Source: Candidatus Saccharimonadota bacterium
Lineage (GTDB): Bacteria > Patescibacteriota > Saccharimonadia > Saccharimonadales > UBA10212
Assembly: GCA_013815775.1 (NCBI GenBank)
Contig: JACDFN010000002.1
Coordinates: 128,717-192,716 of the forward strand
Direction of reading: 5' to 3'
Length of the DNA: 64,000 nucleotides
In this document: positions 45,578-56,700 of the stretch, in pieces
Layout: each line of letters starts with the position of its first letter
How positions within the stretch are numbered: the stretch's first letter is position 1
Position numbers and translations under genes: made by a program
Notes under the pieces: model-generated
Database searches by the model: none
The model's input: the letters and a program-made list of their open reading frames with translations, nothing else
Told to the model about the DNA's origin: nothing

Positions 45578-46763
45578 CTATTTTATTCATTTTTTTATGA
45601 TGGCGTTTTTGAGTGGATCCTCTAAGTTTCTGGGGAACCTTGGTAATTTTAGTTCTTACGAATTGCCTAGATAATTTTTTTCGATCTCGCAGTACCTGTT
45701 CAAAAGTTGTTTCATAGCCGTCTACCATCTTCTCAATAGAAAAGTTCTCAGTTGCGTGTTTGCGGCAGGCCTTCCGCTTTATATCTGATATTTTTTGAAC
45801 TGACTCAATCATCTCGGCTATACTCTCTACCACGTAGCCTGTCTTTCCATTAATTATAAGCTCGGAAGCGGCTCCTTTCTTTAAAGAAATTACAGGAGTG
45901 CCGCTTGCCATTGCTTCAATTGTAGCCAGGCCGAAAGGTTCCTCCCACTGAACTGGCGTCAGAAGAGCCTTGGCCTTTTTATAATACTTAGAGAGTTGGT
46001 CACGCTCGATGTACCCCAGGTACAATATTTGGTCATCGAGATGAGGCTTAATGTGTTGATCGAAGTAGGTTTGATTGTCGGGAGTTATCGAACCTATTAT
46101 GAGTAAGCGGTGTTTTAATTTTTTAGCAATCTGGACTGCTTCTTTCACTCCTTTCTCCGGAATAATTCTCCCGCTAAACAATAAATAGTCCTCAGCCTCC
46201 TCAGAAAATGGATAGTCATCAGGATCGATCCCGTTATAGACTGTGGCGGCATATGGAAGATCCGGTGCGTCCCTCCGCTGGTTATTGGAAATTGATATAA
46301 AATGCTGGTTCGATGTTTGGTAAAGGTCATACAGCTCTTTAAACCAGTCATAGGTTGGATCATGCAGGGTGTATATAACTGGAACGTCCCCGTTTATACG
46401 GGCATGTGGCAAGGCCGATTCGGGGTGATGAAAATGAAGTAAATCGTACTTGCCGGCGTTAGCACGCACAAACATTTCATCAGCCATGTAGCTATCCCAC
46501 ATGGCTGGAATGTAATGCGTCATTAAGGCTGGGTTAGATATTAGATTCTGAAATTCTTCTTGATTGGTAGCCAGCGGTCTCAGATTACAGGTCCTAATAT
46601 TCGCACCTTCTACACTGCTTCCTAGGGGCGCATAAAAATCAATTTTATGTCCGCGTTCTGAGAGCCCTTTTGCCAGAGCATAGGCTAGGTCTATGGGTGC
46701 GTAAATCATATCGGGGGGTCTTGGCACGAGGATAAAACCCCGAACCATCATTGCAATATTCAT
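45561..46763 (-). CDS. GT4/GT5-type glycosyltransferase (group 1) with a basic C-terminal tail
   Basis: GT-B layout. The C-terminal domain reads EPFGLATIEAMASGTPVI (E-x7-E). The 3' end overlaps the convergent glucosidase gene by 17 nt. Confidence 0.75.
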   Translation of the reverse strand: MNIAMMVRGFILVPRPPDMIYAPIDLAYALAKGLSERGHKIDFYAPLGSSVEGANIRTCNLRPLATNQEEFQNLISNPALMTHYIPAMWDSYMADEMFVRANAGKYDLLHFHHPESALPHARINGDVPVIYTLHDPTYDWFKELYDLYQTSNQHFISISNNQRRDAPDLPYAATVYNGIDPDDYPFSEEAEDYLLFSGRIIPEKGVKEAVQIAKKLKHRLLIIGSITPDNQTYFDQHIKPHLDDQILYLGYIERDQLSKYYKKAKALLTPVQWEEPFGLATIEAMASGTPVISLKKGAASELIINGKTGYVVESIAEMIESVQKISDIKRKACRKHATENFSIEKMVDGYETTFEQVLRDRKKLSRQFVRTKITKVPQKLRGSTQKRHHKKMNKIAKKAQ

Positions 46764-46804
46764 GTATACATCCCTGAATAATAAAAGGTCCTCGAGTACA
46801 CTAT

Positions 46805-46833
46805 ATTATATGATGATAAGTAACTATTCATAA
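46805..46833 (-). promoter_or_regulatory. possible promoter for the GT4 gene (TTATGA-17-TATAAT)
   Basis: Hexamers in the 83-nt fusA-GT4 gap. An AGGGA SD lies 7 nt upstream of the ATG. Confidence 0.3.
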
Positions 46834-46852
46834 AAATAAGACGTGCTTATTT
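46834..46852 (-). terminator. weak AT-rich hairpin plus U-rich tract at the fusA stop
   Basis: Minus strand reads AAATAAG-cacgt-CTTATTT followed by TTATG. The stem includes the fusA TAA. Confidence 0.3.
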
Positions 46853-48934
46853 TGCACTTTTGGAAATTATTTCTTGGGTAACATTCCCCGGAACATCGGC
46901 GTAATGATCTAATTCCATACTAGAACTAGCTCGGCCTTGAGTTGAACTTCTTAGATTAGTTGTGTATCCGAACATCTCACCGAGCGGAACATAAGCTGTT
47001 ATTTCTTTGATTCCAGGTGTGAGATCCTCCATTGACTCGATGCGGCCTCGCTTAGAATTTAAATCACCAATAACATCTCCCATGAAACTCTCGGGAGTGA
47101 CCACAACCACCTTCATTACCGGCTCCAATAGTACCGGAGAAGCGTTTTTTACACCATTTTGAAGCGCCATACTTCCAGCTATTTTAAAGGCCATTTCAGA
47201 AGAGTCTACGTCATGATAGCTTCCATCGTAAATCTCAGTCTTAACATCAACCACAGGGTAGCCTGCTATAACTCCGTTACTCATTGCTTCCTCGATTCCA
47301 GCCTTGATGGCTGGTATATACTCACTGGGTATTGTTCCGCCTTTAATGCTGTTGATAAATTCAAAGCCTTTCCCGGCTTCGTTTTGGGATAGCCGAACCC
47401 ACACGTGTCCATACTGGCCACGACCGCCACTTTGACGTATAAATTTTCCTTCCGATTCGACGTTATCTTTTCGAATAGTTTCGCGGTAAGCGACCTGTGG
47501 TTGGCCAATGTTGGCTTCTACAGTAAATTCACGCTTCATACGGTCTACGATGATCTCTAGGTGTAGTTCGCCCATACCCGATATAATAGTTTGGCCCGTT
47601 TCGTGATCAACTTTTATGCGAAAAGTAGGGTCCTCCTCTGCGAGACGCTGCAATGCTAGACCCATTTTTTCTTGGTCGGCTTTGGTTTTTGGTTCAATAG
47701 CGATGCTTACAGGTGGGTCTGGAAATGTTATGCTTTCTAAAATAATTGGGTGACTGGTCTCGCAAAGGGTATTGCCGGTGGTTGTGCCTTTTAGTCCCAC
47801 TATGGCCGCAATGTCTCCAGCTTCGACTTCCGTAACGTCTTCTCGTTTATCGGCCTGCATACGGACAATTCTGCCGACGCGTTCTTTCTCCCCGGTTGAG
47901 CTGTTCAGGATATAGCTTCCAGCGGTAACTTTCCCTGAGTAAACTCTAAAAAATGCCAGTTTGCCCACAAAGGGATCGGTAGCAATCTTAAAAGCCAAAG
48001 CCGCGAAAGGTTCGGCAGAATCGGGCTTTCTCTCTACTTCGTCGCCTGTTTTAGGGTTAGTCCCCCAAGTTGAACCCCGATCCTCTGGACTGGGGAGGAA
48101 ATCAGATACGGCATCAAGCAGTTTTTCAACAATCACACCACGGCCATCACCGCCTGACACAGCGAAGAATTGACCGGAAAGGACAGCTTTACGGATTGCC
48201 GAGCGAATTTCGTTCTCCGACAATGCGTTTTCGCCTTCTTCCAAGTACTTCATCATAGTGTCATCATCGGCTTCGACGGCTGCCTCAACCAGTAAGCTAC
48301 GATATCGTAATGCCTTTTCCTTCATATCTTCAGGTACTTCGCCTTCCGTAAGATTTTTATCTGTAAAGTTTTTGTAGGTGTAGGACTTCATATTAATGAG
48401 GTCAACAACTCCGCTAACGGATTGCTCGAAGCCAATCGGTAGATGAATAGGAAGAGCGCGGCGTGACAGTCTATGGTGAATACTGTCCAAACTTTTATAA
48501 AAATCACCCCCGGTTTGGTTAATTTTATTTATAAAGCAAATTCTAGGAACGTTGTACTTATCGGCTTGCCGCCAAACTGTCTCTGACTGACTTTCAACCC
48601 CCATTTTTCCGTCAAAAACGACTACCGCACCGTCCAAAACACGCAATGAGCGTTCTACCTCAACCGTAAAGTCAATGTGGCCGGGGGTATCGATAATGTT
48701 AATCTTGTGATCTTTCCAGAAGCAGGAAACAGCTGCAGCGGTAATAGTGATACCCCTCTCTTTCTCCTGAGCCATCCAGTCGGTGGTTGTTTGGCCTTCG
48801 TGAACAGCGCCAATTTTATGCTTCAGACCAGTCCTGTATAAGATACCCTCTGTTGTAGTAGTCTTACCAGCATCGATGTGTGCAATAATTCCAATATTCC
48901 TAAGCTTGTTCAGCGGGTATCTCTTGTCAGCCAT
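46847..48934 (-). CDS. fusA: elongation factor G
   Basis: Start moved to the ATG at 48934 ([26 protein letters not shown]). The track's longer ORF would overlap rpsG. DTPGHIDF and NKID-like motifs are present. Confidence 0.96.
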   Translation of the reverse strand: MADKRYPLNKLRNIGIIAHIDAGKTTTTEGILYRTGLKHKIGAVHEGQTTTDWMAQEKERGITITAAAVSCFWKDHKINIIDTPGHIDFTVEVERSLRVLDGAVVVFDGKMGVESQSETVWRQADKYNVPRICFINKINQTGGDFYKSLDSIHHRLSRRALPIHLPIGFEQSVSGVVDLINMKSYTYKNFTDKNLTEGEVPEDMKEKALRYRSLLVEAAVEADDDTMMKYLEEGENALSENEIRSAIRKAVLSGQFFAVSGGDGRGVIVEKLLDAVSDFLPSPEDRGSTWGTNPKTGDEVERKPDSAEPFAALAFKIATDPFVGKLAFFRVYSGKVTAGSYILNSSTGEKERVGRIVRMQADKREDVTEVEAGDIAAIVGLKGTTTGNTLCETSHPIILESITFPDPPVSIAIEPKTKADQEKMGLALQRLAEEDPTFRIKVDHETGQTIISGMGELHLEIIVDRMKREFTVEANIGQPQVAYRETIRKDNVESEGKFIRQSGGRGQYGHVWVRLSQNEAGKGFEFINSIKGGTIPSEYIPAIKAGIEEAMSNGVIAGYPVVDVKTEIYDGSYHDVDSSEMAFKIAGSMALQNGVKNASPVLLEPVMKVVVVTPESFMGDVIGDLNSKRGRIESMEDLTPGIKEITAYVPLGEMFGYTTNLRSSTQGRASSSMELDHYADVPGNVTQEIISKSAK

Positions 48935-48938
48935 TCTT

Positions 48939-49418
48939 TTAGGTCCTGCCGAAGTGCGCAAAAGCTCTGTTGGCCTCGGCCATGCGGTGGGTTTCTTCGC
49001 GTTTTTTAACAGCTGCGCCAGTACTGTTATAGGCATCCATTAACTCCGCGGCCAATCTATCCTGCATGCCCATTCCCTTTCGATCGCGCGCCGCAGCAAC
49101 GAACCACATAATAGTTAAGTGCTGTTGGCGCTGGCCACGGACCTCGAAAGGAATCTGATAATTTGCTCCGCCAACACGCCTAGACCTGGTCTCCATGTGA
49201 GGTTGTATATTTTTCATAGCTTGCTCAAATACATCGAGTGGGTTTTGCACTTTAAGCTTATCGGCTGCTTTTTGCATGCCTCCATAAACCAAACTTTCGG
49301 CCATTTGTTTTTTTCCGTCGCGCATTACCCGGTTTATAACTTTCGATACTCTTGCACTATTGTAAATGCGATCGGGCGAAACTTCACGAACTAAACTTTT
49401 AGTTGTTTTTCGAGGCAT
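48939..49418 (-). CDS. rpsG: 30S ribosomal protein S7
   Basis: S7 family (..PD..Y.S..V.K.IN..M.DGKK..AE). Confidence 0.95.
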   Translation of the reverse strand: MPRKTTKSLVREVSPDRIYNSARVSKVINRVMRDGKKQMAESLVYGGMQKAADKLKVQNPLDVFEQAMKNIQPHMETRSRRVGGANYQIPFEVRGQRQQHLTIMWFVAAARDRKGMGMQDRLAAELMDAYNSTGAAVKKREETHRMAEANRAFAHFGRT

Positions 49419-49831
49419 TATTTAGTGTCCTTTTTAGCGCCATATTTACTGCGCCCTTGCTTACGATTCGCAACACCTTGTAGGTCCAGCGTACCTCTTA
49501 CTATGTGATACCGAACTCCCGGAAGATCTTTTACTCTTCCTCCCCGTACTAAAACAACGGCGTGCTCCTGAAGATTGTGCCCCTCGCCACCAATATAGGC
49601 CCATACTTCATCGCCGTTTGTTAACCGAACTCTTGCAACTTTACGCAAGGCGGAGTTAGGTTTCTTAGGCGTTTTGGTGGTAACCCTCACACAAACGCCA
49701 CGCTTAAATGGCGAAGGCTTCTCATAGTTTTTTGTTTTTAAGTTATTTACAACTCGAGAAAGAGCCGGTGACTTAGTCTTGACGGCGGCGCTTCTTCTAG
49801 GCTTACGGATTAATTGATTAATCGTGGGCAT
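49418..49831 (-). CDS. rpsL: 30S ribosomal protein S12
   Basis: [26 protein letters not shown]; 1-nt overlap with rpsG. Confidence 0.97.
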   Translation of the reverse strand: MPTINQLIRKPRRSAAVKTKSPALSRVVNNLKTKNYEKPSPFKRGVCVRVTTKTPKKPNSALRKVARVRLTNGDEVWAYIGGEGHNLQEHAVVLVRGGRVKDLPGVRYHIVRGTLDLQGVANRKQGRSKYGAKKDTK

Positions 49832-49835
49832 TGTA

Positions 49836-49883
49836 CTATCTACTTACAAGTTTATATGACAGCTGGGTTAGCCCTGCTGTCAT
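49836..49883 (-). promoter_or_regulatory. candidate 15-codon upstream ORF ([15 protein letters not shown]) ending 4 nt before the rpsL ATG
   Basis: An AAAGGAG SD (49891-49897) lies 7 nt upstream of its ATG, while rpsL itself has no recognisable SD. Confidence 0.3.
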
Positions 49884-49884
49884 A
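49855..49884 (-). promoter_or_regulatory. 13-bp hairpin (one A-A mismatch, CTAA loop) in the rpoC-rpsL spacer
   Basis: Minus strand reads TATGACAGCAGGG-CTAA-CCCAGCTGTCATA. The stem contains the uORF AUG. Confidence 0.5.
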
Positions 49885-49923
49885 CTCTTTCTCCTTTAGT
49901 TTCAGTAGTTAATTCTAGCAAAA

Positions 49924-52900
49924 TTACACCTCTTCAGCAACCTGTGGATCTTGAGCTGAGCTCTTAATTGCCCTAGCGCCTGTTCCTACAGGTATTCTTC
50001 GTCCAAGAATTACGTTCTCTTTGAGGCCGTATAAATAGTCTACTTTACCGCTGGTGGCTGCTGCTATAAGCACCCGAGTGGTGTCCTGGAAGGAAGCTGC
50101 CGACAAGAAGGAGTCAGTGCTAAGTGATGCCTTAGTAATGCCTAGGAGTAGCTGATTATACTTAACTAGGTTTTTGTTATCTTTTGCCAAACGCTCGTTA
50201 GACTCAACAACAGCCAGTTTGCTAACAACATCACCAGTTATGAACTCGCTGTCACCGGCTTCTTCGATCTGAACTCGACTAAACATTTGTTTAACTATCA
50301 CTTCAAGATGTTTATCTGCAATAGTTTGCCCCTGGCTGGCAAATATATAGAGAATCTCGTTCATTATGTAGCGCTGAGTTGCTTCAATGCCCTGTAAAAG
50401 CATGAGCTCATGGAGGTTTATTGAACCATTGGACAACCTCTGTCCGGCAGATACTTCCTCACCGTCTTTAACTAAAATTTGCTTATATCCCGGTATCTCG
50501 TAACGTACCACGCTTTTGGCTGTTGGCTTGATGGTGATGGCAGTTTCGGTAATGTGTACCTTTCCTGTTATAGGCGATGTAATTGCTTCACTGCCGTCTT
50601 CGTGGGCCGCTACTGTGTCTCCTGCACTTACTTCGTCACTCTCGGACAATGTAGTCACGCGACCAGCTAGAGAAAGCTTGATAGATTTTTGTTCCTTCGC
50701 CGTTACTTGAACTACGTAATGGTCGCCTTCTTCCCAAACACTGGCATCACCGGCTATGTCTGTTAGATAGGCTTGACCCTTAGGAGTTCGTACCTCTAGA
50801 AGTTCTTCGACGCGTGTTAGACCTTGGGTAACATCGTCTCCAGCCGTTACAGCCCCCGCTCGGTGTTTAGAGTCAAGAGACAACTGAGTGCCCGGTTCAC
50901 CAATTGATTGCGCGGCAATAACCCCTATTGGGTAGTCGCTAGCTACGAGCTCTCCAGTAGCCAGGTCAATCCCGTAACATTCCCGACTTACTCCCCGTAC
51001 ATTAGTGCACGAAAGAACACTCATTATCCTAACTTTATCAATACTTGAATCTTCTTGTATGAGTTTAGCCGCCTCTGGTGTTATTAACTGGCCGCTTTTT
51101 ATATATTTTTTAACATTTTCAGCCGCGAAACGACCAATTAATCTATCTCCCAATCCTATACCTATAAGAGTGGCGTCTGAGCGAAAGATTGGAAAACCTG
51201 GATCTTCGGTTTCATAGCCCACTGTGAATACGTCTTGAGCAACGTCTACTAATCGTCTAGTTAAGTACCCTGAGTCGGCAGTACGAAGCGCTATATCGAT
51301 GAGAGACTTACGTGTTCCGCGGGTAGCCGTGAAGTACTCTAGCGGGGTCAAACCATATTTGTAATTTGATCGAACTGGAAGTTCGATTGCTCGGCCAGTG
51401 GTATCAGCAAACATACCCAACATTCCAACGCTTTTTTTCATCTGACTAATGTTTCCGCGCGCACCTGAAGCTACGGCTATTGACATGGTATTATCTTCGG
51501 TAGCAAACTGCTCTGAAAGTGATTTCTCAACTTGCTCATCAACATCTGTCCAAGTTTCTACAGTTAGTCTGTACCGTTCGTCGTCAGTGATGAATCCTGA
51601 ATTGTATTGCTTACTAATCTCTGTTGCTCTGCTTTCGCCTTCTTCAACAATTTTAGGCAATTGTTTCAAGTCTGAGAAATCATCCATGCCAATGGATATT
51701 CCCGATAGGGTAGCGACCTTAAACCCAAGGTCTTTAAGTTCATCGGCAATCTGAGCCGTTACATCCTGACCATACTTCTGATAAGTCATGGTCATTACAG
51801 CACCAAGTTTTTTATTTGTCATAGCTTCGTTTTGGAAGGGGAAGTCGTCTGGGAAGATCTCATTGAAAAACAGTCGTCCTACAGTAGTCTTTTGCAGTTC
51901 TCCTCTGAAGGGAACCTGTACTCGAGTTTGAAGACTGACGTTTCCGTCGTCAAATGCAATTACAATTTCTTCTATACGAGAAAAAGTTTTAACCTCTTTT
52001 TGAGCTCCAGGTCTCTCGTAAGTCAAGTAATAACAACCCAGAACAATGTCTTGTTCAACGTGGAGAATCGGCGAACCGTCTGCAGGCTTTAGTAAGTTTT
52101 TGTTAGCGGCCATTATATCTCTCGCTTCGGCCTGTGCAGCATCTGATAAAGGCAGGTGCACAGCCATTTGGTCTCCGTCAAAGTCCGCATTAAAGCCTTT
52201 ACAGACGAGAGGGTGAAGCTGAATAGCCTTACCTTCAATGAGGGTAGGTTGAAAAGCTTGAATGCTCAATCGGTGAAGGCTGGGAGCGCGGTTAAGCAGA
52301 ACATATTTTCCTTTAATGACTTCGTCTAGGGCGTCCCAAACAGCTGAGTCGCTGGATTCAATCATTCTGGTTGCACTGCGAATGTTATGTGCTAACTCTT
52401 GCTCAATCAGTCTGCCGATGACAAATGGTTTAAATAGTTCCAAAGCCATCATTTTAGGTAAGCCACATTGATGCATTTTTAGTTCAGGGCCAGCTACAAT
52501 TACGCTCCGGCCTGAATAGTCAACGCGTTTTCCCAGTAGGTTTTGGCGGAATCTTCCTTGTTTACCCTTAAGCATGTCAGATAAGCTCTTTAGACGGCGG
52601 CGCTGGCCTGTGGCAGCTACTGCTCGCCCAGATCGGGCATTGTTGTTATCAATTAACGCATCCACTGCTTCCTGCAACATGCGCTGTTCGTTACGCCGAA
52701 TAACTTCAGGAGCATTAAGTTCTATTAATTTCTTTAAACGATTATTACGATTAATAACTCGTCGGTACAAATCGTTTAAGTCGGATGTTGCAAAACGACC
52801 ACCAGTAAGCTGAACCATAGGTCTGAGGTCGGGTGGAATAACTGGTAGCGTGCTAACGCACAAACTGGAGGGCTTTATTCCGGCCCTTTGCATACTTTCA

Positions 52901-53739
52901 ATAAGTCGCAGTCGTTTCATTATTTTCTTTTTGCGTTGTCCTTTAGCGTCCTCGGCTTCTTTAGACAATGCTTTGATAAGCTTATCTAGGTCAACTGCCT
53001 CGAGCAGTTCTCTTAGTGCTGAACCCCCCATGCCTACACTTATTAAAGGCTGAAGGTCCTCGGGTAAATTGCGGTAGTCGGTTTCACTAAGTAAATTAAA
53101 TTTTACAAGGCTTGAAACCTGATTTTTAAATATCTCATGCTCACGAGCCAGTTCATCCAACTCTTTAGTACGAGCAGCAGCCAATTCTCGGATATTAGCA
53201 TCCTTCTTGTCGGCTTCTTTTTCATAGCGTGCACTAATAGCAGCCGTCGCGGCTACCAGCTGAGCATCGCGATCAGATTTGATCTTGTCGCGCTTAGATT
53301 CTTCAACCGTCTTAATGATGTAGCTAGCAAAATAAGCCACCCTCTCGAGATTTTTTACCGTTAAACCAAGTAGTAGACCTATGGCGCTGGGGGTTCCTCG
53401 CAAAAACCAGATGTGGGCTACCGGTGAGGCAAGACTAATGTGCCCCATTCGTTCGCGGCGAACTATGCTTCTGGTAACTATTTCTCCGTTTTTATCTACG
53501 GCAACCTCCCTTGATCTAATTCCCTTGTACTTGGCATCATGGGGATTGATATCTTTCACAGGACCAAAGATTCGTTCGCAAAAAAGACCGTCTCTTTCGG
53601 GTTTCTGTGTTCGATAATTGATGGTTTCAGGTTTGGTTACCTCCCCGTAACTCCAAGCCATAATATCGTCCGGACTAGCTATAGCCAGGCGAACTGCATC
53701 GAAGTCAGCAATATCGGTTCCCGAATTGTAATGTCGCAT
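49924..53739 (-). CDS. rpoC: DNA-directed RNA polymerase subunit beta-prime
   Basis: NADFDGD, RRERMGHI and GKRVDYSGRSVI motifs; 1271 aa. The start overlaps the rpoB stop (TAATG). Confidence 0.98.
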   Translation of the reverse strand: MRHYNSGTDIADFDAVRLAIASPDDIMAWSYGEVTKPETINYRTQKPERDGLFCERIFGPVKDINPHDAKYKGIRSREVAVDKNGEIVTRSIVRRERMGHISLASPVAHIWFLRGTPSAIGLLLGLTVKNLERVAYFASYIIKTVEESKRDKIKSDRDAQLVAATAAISARYEKEADKKDANIRELAAARTKELDELAREHEIFKNQVSSLVKFNLLSETDYRNLPEDLQPLISVGMGGSALRELLEAVDLDKLIKALSKEAEDAKGQRKKKIMKRLRLIESMQRAGIKPSSLCVSTLPVIPPDLRPMVQLTGGRFATSDLNDLYRRVINRNNRLKKLIELNAPEVIRRNEQRMLQEAVDALIDNNNARSGRAVAATGQRRRLKSLSDMLKGKQGRFRQNLLGKRVDYSGRSVIVAGPELKMHQCGLPKMMALELFKPFVIGRLIEQELAHNIRSATRMIESSDSAVWDALDEVIKGKYVLLNRAPSLHRLSIQAFQPTLIEGKAIQLHPLVCKGFNADFDGDQMAVHLPLSDAAQAEARDIMAANKNLLKPADGSPILHVEQDIVLGCYYLTYERPGAQKEVKTFSRIEEIVIAFDDGNVSLQTRVQVPFRGELQKTTVGRLFFNEIFPDDFPFQNEAMTNKKLGAVMTMTYQKYGQDVTAQIADELKDLGFKVATLSGISIGMDDFSDLKQLPKIVEEGESRATEISKQYNSGFITDDERYRLTVETWTDVDEQVEKSLSEQFATEDNTMSIAVASGARGNISQMKKSVGMLGMFADTTGRAIELPVRSNYKYGLTPLEYFTATRGTRKSLIDIALRTADSGYLTRRLVDVAQDVFTVGYETEDPGFPIFRSDATLIGIGLGDRLIGRFAAENVKKYIKSGQLITPEAAKLIQEDSSIDKVRIMSVLSCTNVRGVSRECYGIDLATGELVASDYPIGVIAAQSIGEPGTQLSLDSKHRAGAVTAGDDVTQGLTRVEELLEVRTPKGQAYLTDIAGDASVWEEGDHYVVQVTAKEQKSIKLSLAGRVTTLSESDEVSAGDTVAAHEDGSEAITSPITGKVHITETAITIKPTAKSVVRYEIPGYKQILVKDGEEVSAGQRLSNGSINLHELMLLQGIEATQRYIMNEILYIFASQGQTIADKHLEVIVKQMFSRVQIEEAGDSEFITGDVVSKLAVVESNERLAKDNKNLVKYNQLLLGITKASLSTDSFLSAASFQDTTRVLIAAATSGKVDYLYGLKENVILGRRIPVGTGARAIKSSAQDPQVAEEV

Positions 53740-56700
53740 TATTTAGACTCCTCTTCTTGGTTAGGCGCAATGTTTACTGTGTCATCAGTAGCTAGCTCAA
53801 CATCCCCCGAGATCGACAACCCTTCGTCCTCGCTAATACCAAATTCTTTAGCGACTTGCTCTACACTATCAGCGCCTACGTTAATAGGCTCAAGCGGGCT
53901 GATGGTGGGTATGTGCGCTGCTTCATTTTTAATGTTTTCAGCTAAAACTTTCTCTGCGTCAATTATCTGATTGTTCGCAAGTAAATCAACTTTGAGTCCG
54001 AGACCTTGAAGTTCTTTAACGAGTACGTTAAAGCTTTCTGGAATTTTAGGACCTTGAATTTCAGTACCCTTGATAATACTTTCATAGGCCTTGGCTCGAC
54101 CGTAAACATCATCTGATTTAATTGTCAGCATTTCCTGTAGGGTGTTAGCGGCACCATACGCTTCTAGCGCCCAAACCTCCATTTCTCCAAATCGCTGACC
54201 ACCGTTTTGGGCCTTTCCGCCCAACGGTTGCTGGGTAACCATTGTGTATGGTCCAGTAGAGCGGGCGTGGATTTTGTCAGATACCATGTGGTTTAGTTTG
54301 ATAATATACATACTGCCAACGGTAGTTCTCTCGGCAAAGGCTTCACCGGTACGTCCATCGTAAAGTTGTTGTTTGCCATCTTTGGGCAAACCGGCTTCTC
54401 CAAGAAGATCTTGTATTTTTTCGATTGGTATTCCGTTGAAAGCTGGACTTGCAACTTTAATACCAAGAGCCCTGGCTGCCATTCCAAGATGCGTTTCAAA
54501 CAGCTGTCCAATATTCATTCGGGACGGTACTCCCAGAGGGTTCAAAATAATGTCAACTGGTGTTCCATCTTCATTAAAGGGCATGTCCTCTACGGGTAGG
54601 ATTCTTGCAATCACACCTTTGTTACCGTGTCGGCCGCCTAATTTATCACCGACTGAAATCTTACGCATCTGGGCCACAAAAACCTGTATTTGCATAATCA
54701 CACCTGCCTTGAGTTCATGTCCTGAGGCTCTAGAAAATACTTTGACGCCCACTACCTTTCCGTGCCGGCCTGTACTCATTCGTTGAGAAGTATCGCGAAC
54801 TTCCTTAGCTTTTTCACCAAATATAGCTCGAAGAAGTCGTTCTTCGCTAGATAACTCTTGCTCGCCTTTTGGTGTTATTTTTCCTACTAGAATATCACCT
54901 GGATGAACCTCGGCACCTATGCGAACGATGCCATCTTCGTCAAGGTGTCTTAGAGCCTCTTCACTAACATTAGGAATATCTCTTGTTACAATTTCGGGAC
55001 CAAGTTTAGTCTCACGAACTTCAGTCATGTAGTCCACTATATGAATGGACGTTAGAGTATCGTCTTCCACCAACTCGCGAGAAATAATTATGGCATCCTC
55101 GAAGTTATAGCCAGCCCAAGGCATAAAAGCTGTTAGGAGGTCTTTCCCAAGAGCAAGCTCACCTCCGGCTATGCTCATACCTTCAATTAATGGATCACCC
55201 TCTTTGACTTTATCGCCTCGGTTAACCACTACAACTTGATTTATAGAGCTTCCTTCGTTGCTACGATTAAAGTGAATAGGTTCGTATTTAATAGACTTGC
55301 CATTAGAATACTTAACCATCACTTCGTCGGCATCCGCTTTAATAACTTCGCCGCTGCCGCTGGCAACAATAAGCTGCCCTGTATTTTGGGCTACTATACT
55401 TTCAAAACCGGTACCTACAATTGGTGCTTCTGGTTTAATCAACGGTACGGCTTGACGCTGTTGATTACTACCCATTAATGATCTAAGAACATAATTCTTC
55501 TCAATAAATGGAATCAGGCTAGCACTACTGCCGATAGTTTGACTCCGACTAGAGTCCATATTGGTCACAATATTGGCGTCTACCTCACCCGGTTCAAGCT
55601 TGTTACGAACGCTGACACGAGGGTCAATAAAATAACCATTCTCATCAAGGGCATTACCTGCTCCAGCTATAATCGCTCGCTCCTCCTCGGATGAATCAAG
55701 GTATACAATTTCATTTGTCACTTTGGCTTTAACGGGCCAGGTAATGCGTTCCTTAACGGTTGCCAGAGTCTTGGCGGCAGCTTCAGAAATTACAGCTCCC
55801 GATTTAACTATTACCTTGCCTTTTTCATTCTCTAGATCACTAGCTGCAATATGGCCAGCCGCTTGCTTGGCTGGAACGGCATTAATGACCCTCCTGTATG
55901 GAGTTTCTATAAAGCCATACTCATTTACTCTTGCGTAGCTAGCTAAATTAAGTACTAAACCGATGTTGGCTCCTTCGGGAGTTTCAACAGGACAGATGCG
56001 GCCGTAATGAGTTGCGTGGGCGTCACGAACTTCAAAACCAGCTCGTTCACGAGATAATCCTCCGGGTCCCATGGAACTTAGACGGCGCTTATGGGCAAGT
56101 TCAGAGAGAGGATTAATTTGATCCATAAACTGTGAAAGCTGACTGGATGCAAAAAACTCTCTCACTGCTGCAACTACCGGTCGCGCGTTGATTAACTGAG
56201 CGGGTGTAACGGTTTCAATCTCGCTCATGGACATACGGTCTTTGGCATTTCGTTCCATACGCAGCAGACCAATGCGAAATTGACGTTGAACCAGCTCTCC
56301 GACCAGCTTTACTCGCCTGTTAGAAAGCGAGTCAATTTCGTCCCCGGGTTCCTGGGTAACATTTAAACGAATAACTTCAGCAATTATGGCGCTTATGTCC
56401 TCAATGCGCATGATCCTGTTTTCGATTGTGTTATCCACGTCAAGGTTCAGTCGCTTGTTTAGCTTGTACCTGCCCACCTTGCCAAAGTCAAAGCGTTTGA
56501 AGTTATAGAACATGTTTTCGATTAAGCTACGGGCATTATCAACAGTGGCTAGATCTCCCGGACGTAGACGCCGATATACTTCAATTAATGCCTCATTCGT
56601 ACTCTTGCTGGGATCTTTCTCGAGTGTAGCTTCAATGTGCTTAACCTCACCTTGGTCTACGTGCTTAAAGGTATCCTTAATTTGTTCTTCACTCAAACCA

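Noticed and set aside
48935-49036. 34-codon N-terminal extension of fusA in the ORF track, overlapping rpsG.
   Set aside because: The conserved EF-G N-terminus ([25 protein letters not shown]) begins at the ATG at 48934, 4 nt after the rpsG stop. The extension is just the open frame through rpsG.
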